This document shows positions 17,611-24,762 of a stretch of DNA of 32,000 nucleotides, piece after piece. Source of the stretch: Cuniculiplasma divulgatum (GTDB taxonomy: Archaea; Thermoplasmatota; Thermoplasmata; Thermoplasmatales; Thermoplasmataceae); the NCBI RefSeq assembly GCF_900083515.1, contig NZ_LT671858.1:870001-902000 (forward strand), given 5' to 3'. The translations under genes and the position numbers were made by a program. The notes beneath the pieces were generated by a model. That model was not told where the DNA came from. It saw only the letters and a program-made list of their open reading frames with translations, and made no database searches. How positions within the stretch are numbered: the first letter of the stretch is position 1; each line of letters opens with the position of its first letter.

Positions 17611-17630
17611 TTTTCACTTTTATTTTAATT
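17611..17630 (+). terminator. Cluster of T4 runs after hsp20 (possible archaeal terminator)
   Basis: The sequence ttttcacttttattttaatt begins 14 nt after the stop. Confidence 0.25.
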
Positions 17631-17676
17631 TCTGACTTTATACAAAATTATTTAAGGTCTGACAATATATACTATT

Positions 17677-18057
17677 ATGGATTTAATGGGGATACTTACT
17701 GTTGTCAGTATGACAGCAACAAATTCAACAGGGTCCATTACTGTTTCGTCAGTTCTAAGCAATCCGTTAGTTGAGCTTGCATTAATATTCATAGATGGAT
17801 TGCTTTTTGGACTGGGTATAAAGAAAGGTGTTTGGTCTGTGATCCTTATAGTGATCGCGGTGTTCCTTTCTGAATACATCAACTTTTCAGTATTGCCTAA
17901 AGCTTCACTGTCAACCTTTTATGACGATGTAAAGTCTCACATAGAGTATATAATAACAAATATAAACAAGATAATTCCATTTTCCAATATAGGTGCAATT
18001 TCTATATCACTCATCTTGTTTATCGTGGGCTTTATTGTAGGCTACATGAAAGGATAA
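17677..18057 (+). CDS. Small integral membrane protein (about 3-4 TM), unknown function
   Basis: This 126-aa track ORF has hydrophobic stretches 'LALIFIDGLLFGLGI', 'WSVILIVIAVFL' and 'ISISLILFIVGFIVGY'. Confidence 0.5.
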   Translation: MDLMGILTVVSMTATNSTGSITVSSVLSNPLVELALIFIDGLLFGLGIKKGVWSVILIVIAVFLSEYINFSVLPKASLSTFYDDVKSHIEYIITNINKIIPFSNIGAISISLILFIVGFIVGYMKG

Positions 18058-18154
18058 AAAAAATTTAAACAAATTGTTCAACTATTGAAGATTTCCCTTT
18101 TCAATTAAACAAAGGAAAACCTTTTATTCTAATTTAAATTGATTTGATGATCAT

Positions 18155-18757
18155 ATGCCTTTATTTAATAGCAGAAAGCCGAAAGGCCTTGAAAGCCTTT
18201 CACCAGATGAAATTGAGAGCCTTATTCAGCAGACTAGAACAGAGATTTCCCTTATAGAAAAAGATAATGAGAGAAAACAGGAAAAGTTTAATTCTTTAAT
18301 GAAAGAGGGTAGTAAAGCTTCTGGATCCAAAAGAGTTCAAATTGCTCAGGAGCTTGAACTATTGGAAAGAAAGATCCATACCAACGAAAATCAGATATTG
18401 AACCACACTAAGAAAATTGAGTTAATGCAGGAGGTAAAGGAATCTAAAACTTCGGTTTCACCAAGCAGCGTGGATAATATTATTTCGAAAACCAATTCTA
18501 ACGCCATTAAAACCAACATACTTCAGTCAAAGACAAAGAATAAGGTAGCACTACAGAAAACCGATGATCTCTTGAATACAGTAAGAGACCTGCAAATAGA
18601 AGATGATCAGGGTGCATCTGTTATGGGAAGTAAATACATGGAGATGTTTAAGGAAATGGATAGAAATGATAATTCACTAAAACCAGGCAAGGTCAAAAAG
18701 ACAGAGACAGAAGAAGATAATGACGAGAATACAGAGAGTGATGTGAAGGGAGAGTGA
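18155..18757 (+). CDS. ESCRT-III/Snf7 (CdvB)-like coiled-coil protein 1
   Basis: It has a Snf7-like N-terminus 'MPLFNSRKPKG' and a heptad-rich alpha1/alpha2 region. Compare 'KRVQIAQELELLERKIHTNENQILNHTKKIELMQ' with CHMP4 'KRAALQALKRKKRYEKQL'. It has an acidic C-terminal tail and is 200 aa. The call rests on pattern similarity only. Confidence 0.55.
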   Translation: MPLFNSRKPKGLESLSPDEIESLIQQTRTEISLIEKDNERKQEKFNSLMKEGSKASGSKRVQIAQELELLERKIHTNENQILNHTKKIELMQEVKESKTSVSPSSVDNIISKTNSNAIKTNILQSKTKNKVALQKTDDLLNTVRDLQIEDDQGASVMGSKYMEMFKEMDRNDNSLKPGKVKKTETEEDNDENTESDVKGE

Positions 18758-19956
18758 ATTTATTGGATTCAGATTACCTGCAGATTGGTGGATTGAAAAA
18801 GCTTATTGCTGACGATATAAAAATTGAAACCAGTATGGAGGAAAAGGGAAATATCAGGGACAGTATCATATTATGCGAGAAGATTATCAACAACCTTCAT
18901 ATGTTAAAGAAACTTGATGGCAACAATCCATCCTATGATGCTCTCATAAAATCCTGGGATAAAAGAAAAACTGAGATCTTGAATAATAATCCTAAAACTT
19001 TGAAAAAACATGAAAGTAAGCAGGATAGTAAAAAGACTAGTAATGGACTCATTGGTCAGATGGAAAAGGAATTTAGAAGTAGAATCATGTCTCTCATAAG
19101 TGAGTCAAATGTAAAGTGGTCGGAAATCGGTGGATTGGAAGATCAAAAGGAAATTATCAAAGAAGCTGTTTTTTTTGCAATGGCTCAACCCGATCTTGAT
19201 GTTAAGGTTCCAAACCTTAGAAATATTTTGCTGTTTGGACCTCCTGGAACTGGTAAAACGACTATTGCAAAGGCAATCAGTTCAAATATTGATGCAACAT
19301 TCTTTAATGTGCCAGTGTCAGAACTCATCTCTCGATATGTTGGTGATTCAGAGAGAATAGTGTCCTCACTCTATACAGTTGCCAGGGAAAAAGCTCCTTC
19401 TGTAGTTTTTCTGGACGAAATTGAATCTCTCCTGAGACAGAGAGGTGACGGAAACAAAAATGCGGGTGCGGTTCTCCAGCAATTTTTATCTCAGCTTGAT
19501 GGATTTTCTACAGATGAAAGTTTTGTAATGACTGTTGCAGCAACTAATGTTCCATGGGAACTTGATCAGGCAATTCTTTCCAGATTTGAAAAAAGGATAT
19601 TCATAGGATTACCGGATGCGGAAACCAGAAAGAAAATAATTAGTATTCATACTACTGGCAAAGGATACAGGGTAGATGACTCGATAGACGATATAGTGCC
19701 CAATACCGAAGGTTTCTCCGGTCGAGATTTGTTTTATTTGTGTGCAGAGGCAATAAGGAATATGCTTAGAAGAACAAATAGGGTGATAATGGAAGATAAG
19801 GATAAGGTAATTCTTGGCTCTGAGAAGGTTACTTACAGGATTAATCCAATTACAAGGCAGGATTTTGAGGTTGCATTATCCAAGATTAAACCTGCAGTAA
19901 ATGAGGAAATGAGTAAGAAATATTACAAATGGAAGGAGGAATTTGCAAATAATTGA
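18754..19956 (+). CDS. Vps4/CdvC-like AAA+ ATPase (meiotic clade) with N-terminal helical, MIT-like region
   Basis: It has Walker A 'LLFGPPGTGKT' and Walker B 'VVFLDEIE'. Vps4-type 'ATNVPWELDQAILSRFEKRIFIGLPD' is present (compare Vps4 '[25 protein letters not shown]'). The C-terminal 'KYYKWKEEF' resembles the Vps4/katanin C-terminal helix. The GTG start forms a GTGA overlap with the upstream stop. Confidence 0.85.
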   Translation: MNLLDSDYLQIGGLKKLIADDIKIETSMEEKGNIRDSIILCEKIINNLHMLKKLDGNNPSYDALIKSWDKRKTEILNNNPKTLKKHESKQDSKKTSNGLIGQMEKEFRSRIMSLISESNVKWSEIGGLEDQKEIIKEAVFFAMAQPDLDVKVPNLRNILLFGPPGTGKTTIAKAISSNIDATFFNVPVSELISRYVGDSERIVSSLYTVAREKAPSVVFLDEIESLLRQRGDGNKNAGAVLQQFLSQLDGFSTDESFVMTVAATNVPWELDQAILSRFEKRIFIGLPDAETRKKIISIHTTGKGYRVDDSIDDIVPNTEGFSGRDLFYLCAEAIRNMLRRTNRVIMEDKDKVILGSEKVTYRINPITRQDFEVALSKIKPAVNEEMSKKYYKWKEEFANN

Positions 19957-20621
19957 TGATTTCTATGAAAAAAAATAATGATTTTCAGTCACTTATTGAA
20001 AGTCTGGCATATTATCGTGGAGATTCCAGCAAATCAGAGGGTTTCATGAAAAAGTTAGTTGGATTGTGGTCTTCATATGGAGACAAAAAATTCCTGGGAA
20101 AAAAGGGGAGTAAGATTTTAAATAAAAGTCTTCAGGAGTTATATGTTATTATGGATGTATCCCGGGAACATATTGTAGAACTTCAGGACCTCATTAACAG
20201 GATGAAAGATAATTCAGACGATATGAATCACATAAAGAAAATTAGGGCAACAGACTCTTTGAATGCTGAAATCGCAAAGTATAACCACATGGAAGAAAAA
20301 TATAAATTCATGTCAATGCTCCAATCAATTAATGAACTTATGTCTGAAAAAGATTCAAAATTCATGAGGAAGCTGGATAAAACCTTAAAGAATCGTCAGA
20401 TGATAAGGGAATTTCAAAACACAGTAAAGGAAGAAATGAATGATCATGGACGGATAATGGAAGATATGGATAATATTGAACTTTATTTCGAAACTATTAC
20501 TGAAAAATCTACCTCTAAAGTGGCTAGTAATGAAAATACTATTCATGAACCTCAAAAAACTATTCCCAAGAAGGATAGTGAAGAGAAAGATGATGAGGAC
20601 GAAAATCCAGAGGTGATATAA
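19953..20621 (+). CDS. Coiled-coil protein, divergent ESCRT-III-like 2
   Basis: This 222-aa predicted helical protein has 'NRQMIREFQNTVKEEMNDHGRIMEDMDNIE', which resembles CHMP2 'IQKIMMEFERQAEIMDMKEEMMNDAIDD'. It has an acidic tail (EEKDDEDENPEV). The likely start is the ATG at 19956, preceded by GGAAGGAGGA and forming a TGATG overlap. Confidence 0.45.
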   Translation: MMISMKKNNDFQSLIESLAYYRGDSSKSEGFMKKLVGLWSSYGDKKFLGKKGSKILNKSLQELYVIMDVSREHIVELQDLINRMKDNSDDMNHIKKIRATDSLNAEIAKYNHMEEKYKFMSMLQSINELMSEKDSKFMRKLDKTLKNRQMIREFQNTVKEEMNDHGRIMEDMDNIELYFETITEKSTSKVASNENTIHEPQKTIPKKDSEEKDDEDENPEVI

Positions 20622-20622
20622 T

Positions 20623-21222
20623 TTGAGCGTTTTCAACAGAAAATCTAAGGAAGAGCTTGAAGTTGAAACACAGATGAACATAAAGCTGCTTAAGAAGAAA
20701 GCAGAGGACTATGCTGGTAAATGTGATTCGATGGCACAAAAATATGATGCGCAAAAGGAAGCCGCGAGATCCATAGGAAATAAGAGTTTAGAGCAGGCTT
20801 TTGAGGAAAAGGCTAAAAATCTAAGAGTTCAGGCTTCGAAGATAAGATCATTTGTTCTTATAGTGGATGATATAGGCATGATGAAAGACCAGTCTGCATT
20901 GATGAACAGTTTTGCAGACACAATGAAGACTTATGTAAAGACCATAGGAAAAGGCCAGGCTAATGCCCAATGGATGTCCCAAATGGAATCTCAACTGGAT
21001 AAGGCAGTTGACGAAAGTGAGCGCGTTGGTGATCTTTTTGGTGGATTGCTCCAGGATGTGGGTTTAAATCTTAATTATGAACTAGATTCTATCGGGAGGG
21101 AAAAGAGTAACAATACGAACGCAAACGATAAGGAAAAGGTAGAGGATATAAATGTTGATGAAATGGAAAAGCGGCTAAGAGAAAAGTTAAAAGATTTAGA
21201 TAAGGTCGACACAAATGAATAA
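20623..21222 (+). CDS. ESCRT-III (CHMP/Vps2-24-like) protein 3 with C-terminal MIM1-like helix
   Basis: It has the N-terminus 'MSVFNRKSKEE', a coiled-coil core and the C-terminal 'VDEMEKRLREKLKDL'. The TTG start lies 1 nt after the upstream stop, with AGGTGA 7 nt upstream. Confidence 0.55.
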   Translation: MSVFNRKSKEELEVETQMNIKLLKKKAEDYAGKCDSMAQKYDAQKEAARSIGNKSLEQAFEEKAKNLRVQASKIRSFVLIVDDIGMMKDQSALMNSFADTMKTYVKTIGKGQANAQWMSQMESQLDKAVDESERVGDLFGGLLQDVGLNLNYELDSIGREKSNNTNANDKEKVEDINVDEMEKRLREKLKDLDKVDTNE

Positions 21223-22351
21223 CGGTCAGGATGCAGAATGCCTGAAAAAGTATAGGGAAAAGGTAGAAAGTATAATAAAATCAGATCAGCTTAAGAATAA
21301 AAAGATAGAGAACCTAAAATTATTAGCCACTGAGATATTAAATTCTTCCAAAAATAGAGAAAATGCTAAAAGAGTCGAGTTCCTAAAACTGGCAGATCTA
21401 TGTGTAAATATTATTGACAAACTTACCAATGAAATGCCTGAAAATGTTTCCAAAAGCAATTCATTAACCAAATATAAGGAAGTAATCATAGCAAATGACT
21501 CTTCAGACTATTTCAGAAGACTCCGCCCCGCCATAGCTTCAACTTCCTTTGATGATATTGCAGGTCTTTCAGATGTTAAAAAAATAGTAATGAATCAGAT
21601 AATCAAGGCTAGAGAGAATAAAGAAATAGCAAGAATGTATGGCATTACTGGAAGGAATATCCTCCTTTTTGGTCCTCCCGGAACAGGAAAAACAAGTATC
21701 GCTCAGGCAATTTCAAATAGGGTGCAATACCCAATGGTGACAATTACCCCTTCAGATATTCTTGATAATAAATTTGGTGAATTCGAGAAAAATATAAGAT
21801 CCCTCTTTCAGGGAGCAATAGCCAACAAACCGGTAATAATTTTCTTCGATGAATTCGATTCACTGGCTACAAGAAGAACGAATAGTAATTCGTCATACAT
21901 GAAAAGAGGAGTCCCCGAAATGCTACGTCAAATGACAGATTTAAGGAAGGAATCAGATGGACAAATCATGATAATAGCTGCTACCAATAATCCGTGGGAT
22001 ATTGATGATGCCATGTTAAACCCTGAAAGGTTCGATACAAAAATTTTCGTCCCTCCACCAGACGAAGCTTCAAGATCAGAATTATTCAGAACATTTCTAA
22101 GGGAACTCAAGGTATCAGATGCAATAGACTATGAAGAGCTTGGAAGAATTTCAGAAGGATATACAGGCGCTGACATAAAATACATCTGCAAGAGAGCGGC
22201 AGAAGAAGTATTTTCTCAGGTTATAGATAGCAATGAAATAAGAGAGATAAACCAGGAAGATCTTGTGGTGTCTATTGAACAGAGTTCCAGATCTATCACC
22301 GGTGATCTGCTATCCAAATACACCAAATTCAAGGAAAAATATCACCTTTAA
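21215..22351 (+). CDS. Second AAA+ ATPase with N-terminal helical (MIT-like) region
   Basis: It has Walker A 'LLFGPPGTGKT', Walker B 'IIFFDEFD' and the second region of homology 'ATNNPWDIDDAMLNPERFDTKIFVPPPD'. The C-terminal 'KYTKFKEKY' is also present. It overlaps the upstream gene by 8 nt. Confidence 0.85.
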   Translation: MNNGQDAECLKKYREKVESIIKSDQLKNKKIENLKLLATEILNSSKNRENAKRVEFLKLADLCVNIIDKLTNEMPENVSKSNSLTKYKEVIIANDSSDYFRRLRPAIASTSFDDIAGLSDVKKIVMNQIIKARENKEIARMYGITGRNILLFGPPGTGKTSIAQAISNRVQYPMVTITPSDILDNKFGEFEKNIRSLFQGAIANKPVIIFFDEFDSLATRRTNSNSSYMKRGVPEMLRQMTDLRKESDGQIMIIAATNNPWDIDDAMLNPERFDTKIFVPPPDEASRSELFRTFLRELKVSDAIDYEELGRISEGYTGADIKYICKRAAEEVFSQVIDSNEIREINQEDLVVSIEQSSRSITGDLLSKYTKFKEKYHL

Positions 22352-24510
22352 TTTTGTTTTTGTTGTTTTCTCCGAATAATAATAACTGCTGCAATTGCAG
22401 TTATAGCCAATACTCCAAAAGCGACCAAGGTAAATAATACAATATCGTATTCTGTTAATTTAGAAACCGATTTTTTTGGAATGTAATTTGAATAATAGAA
22501 TGTAGAAATTACCGAGATTGTACCCGATCTAAGATTGCTAACATAAAGGAAACCGTTAGAGTTGTCATATCCGATTCTGAAGGGAGAATTACCAACCTTA
22601 ACACTTCCGACTATTGCATTATTCGTGGAATTTACAACTATAGCTATATTTTGGTTCTCATCAGCAATATAAATATAGCTATTTTGTGGATTATAGCTTA
22701 TACCTTCCGGTCCAGATCCTACATAAATAGATTTAATAATGTTATTTGTTTTTGAACTTAAAACATCCAGGGTTCCTGAGATATAATTAATAACATATAA
22801 ATCGCCGTTATATGGTGAAAATAAAACACCCTGAGGTCCAGAACCAACACCGATGTTTTCTATTAAATTATTGTCAGATGGGTTTATTACTGAAAGATTG
22901 TTAGTAGCAAAGTTACCTGTGTAAATATATCCATTAGATTTATCGAATGTGACGGAAAGTGGACTTTTACCAACATTTAGCGTCGAGACGACTTTATTAT
23001 TAGTGGAGCTGATAACTGAAAGGGAATTAGATTTTTCATTTACCACGTAAAGTTCATGATTCACTGGATCATAGGCAGCAGCAGATGGTCCCATTCCGAC
23101 ATTTATTGATAAATAATCTTTTTGCGTAGAAGAATTGATCACTGAAATATTATTAGAGTCGTAATTTGTCACATATAAATTCTTGTTGTATCCATCATAG
23201 GTAATTGATGATGGCCCAACACCAACTCCAATTTTGGTTAATATCTTATTTCCAGCAGAATTTATCTCATAAATAAAGTTTGAAAATGCGTTAGAAACAT
23301 AATAAAAGCCATTATACGAATCATAGGTGCCACCTTGTGGACCCGAACCAGTATCTATTGAATAAATTACGGATTCAGTTAGCGGATTTATGATAGATAT
23401 ATTAGCCGTGTACTCATTCATAACGTATACTTCATGATTTATTGGATTGTATGTTACGCCGTAAGGATTTAATCCAACTGCGATTATTTTATTAATAAGA
23501 TATGTTGATGTGTTTATCGCATATACACTATCTGAGCAGAAGTTCGCCACATAAATTAACTTATTTTCAGGATTATATGAAATTCCAAATGGAGTGTTGC
23601 CAAGTTTTACTGTGTTCGATATTTCATCTGAAATGGTGCTAATTACGCTCATATTATTTGACCTTTCATTAACAACAAATAGACTGTGACCTGTGTCATC
23701 GAGAGCGAGTTTAGCAGGACCATCCCCAACACCAATAATAGTTCTTATTGTGAGATCTAAATTATAAACTGTCACAGTATTTTTGGCATAGTTGGTAACA
23801 TAAATCATACTGTTTAAAGGATCATATACTATGGCCGATGGCGAATTTGACGATATTGTATTCATTACATGATTCGTTGAGGTATTAATTACAGATATTG
23901 AATTTCCATATGAGTTGGCAACAAGCAGATAATTTTTTGAGGAAATATAAGCAAGAGAATCAGGCCCACCCCCAACACTTATGGATGAGGTAACTCTTTT
24001 CTCTTCCGTATTAATTACAGTTATATTAGATGACCCCTTGTTAGCAACATATAGATCGGAATTCATATAGTCAAAGGCTATGGCCTGTGGTGCATCGCCT
24101 ACATTAAACCAGTTGGCCGGTAAATTTGTTGTTGAATTAATTCCCAAAATATTATCTGTGCAGCAGTTTGTTACAAACATCTCTCTGTCAAGATTGTCAT
24201 AAACTGCACAGGTAGGTATCAACCCATTATTACTCTGCGAAGAATTACCCTTAATTAACTTATTACTAAATAAATCTAGAGTACAGTTCACCGTTCCGAT
24301 GTTTGTTGTATTTGGCTTGAGTCCGGAATTTACATGGGACAAATAATCACTAATCTTTTCATCCGAAATATCAGATTGAAATGATGGGAAACTTTCCTTG
24401 GGGTTTGTAGACTGATAGTGGATCAAGTTTGTGGGAGAAATGAAAATAATGATGAGAAAAAATACTACAAATCTGAGTATAATTCCTCTTTTATAAACTC
24501 TAATTTTCAT
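22348..24510 (-). CDS. Surface-exposed YVTN-family beta-propeller repeat protein with N-terminal signal/TM and C-terminal TM anchor
   Basis: About 14 repeats of ~42 aa each carry a YVTN-like core (FVTN, YVAN, LVAN, YVTN, FVVN, YVAN, YVMN, YVSN, YVTN, YVVN, YTGN, YVIN, YIAD, YVSN). It has the N-terminal 'ILRFVVFFLIIIFI' and the C-terminal 'VLFTLVAFGVLAITAIAAVIIIRRKQQKQN'. Confidence 0.85.
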   Translation of the reverse strand: MKIRVYKRGIILRFVVFFLIIIFISPTNLIHYQSTNPKESFPSFQSDISDEKISDYLSHVNSGLKPNTTNIGTVNCTLDLFSNKLIKGNSSQSNNGLIPTCAVYDNLDREMFVTNCCTDNILGINSTTNLPANWFNVGDAPQAIAFDYMNSDLYVANKGSSNITVINTEEKRVTSSISVGGGPDSLAYISSKNYLLVANSYGNSISVINTSTNHVMNTISSNSPSAIVYDPLNSMIYVTNYAKNTVTVYNLDLTIRTIIGVGDGPAKLALDDTGHSLFVVNERSNNMSVISTISDEISNTVKLGNTPFGISYNPENKLIYVANFCSDSVYAINTSTYLINKIIAVGLNPYGVTYNPINHEVYVMNEYTANISIINPLTESVIYSIDTGSGPQGGTYDSYNGFYYVSNAFSNFIYEINSAGNKILTKIGVGVGPSSITYDGYNKNLYVTNYDSNNISVINSSTQKDYLSINVGMGPSAAAYDPVNHELYVVNEKSNSLSVISSTNNKVVSTLNVGKSPLSVTFDKSNGYIYTGNFATNNLSVINPSDNNLIENIGVGSGPQGVLFSPYNGDLYVINYISGTLDVLSSKTNNIIKSIYVGSGPEGISYNPQNSYIYIADENQNIAIVVNSTNNAIVGSVKVGNSPFRIGYDNSNGFLYVSNLRSGTISVISTFYYSNYIPKKSVSKLTEYDIVLFTLVAFGVLAITAIAAVIIIRRKQQKQN

Positions 24511-24647
24511 TCCAAATCAATCCCTATTTTATACTTAATTTTATTCATTTTACTCTCGGTCGTTTTTACGGTGTATATATGTGCACGTATTTAGTTAAAT
24601 TTATAATGTCATATAAAAAAAGAGTTTAAATATTAGAATTATTTTCA

Positions 24648-24662
24648 AATGTTATAAACATT
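24648..24662. promoter_or_regulatory. Perfect palindrome AATGTT-ATA-AACATT in the divergent intergenic region upstream of the ABC operon
   Basis: It was read directly and lies about 100 nt upstream of the binding-protein ATG. It is a candidate operator (for example for the TrmB-family regulator at 30459), which is speculative. Confidence 0.25.
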
Positions 24663-24762
24663 GATAAAACTCGCTCAAATAAAGGATTTCCAAGTTTTAC
24701 TTAAGAAGTTAGTAAGATCAAACTGATTAAATTTAAATATAGAATTACAACTTGCTAGCATT

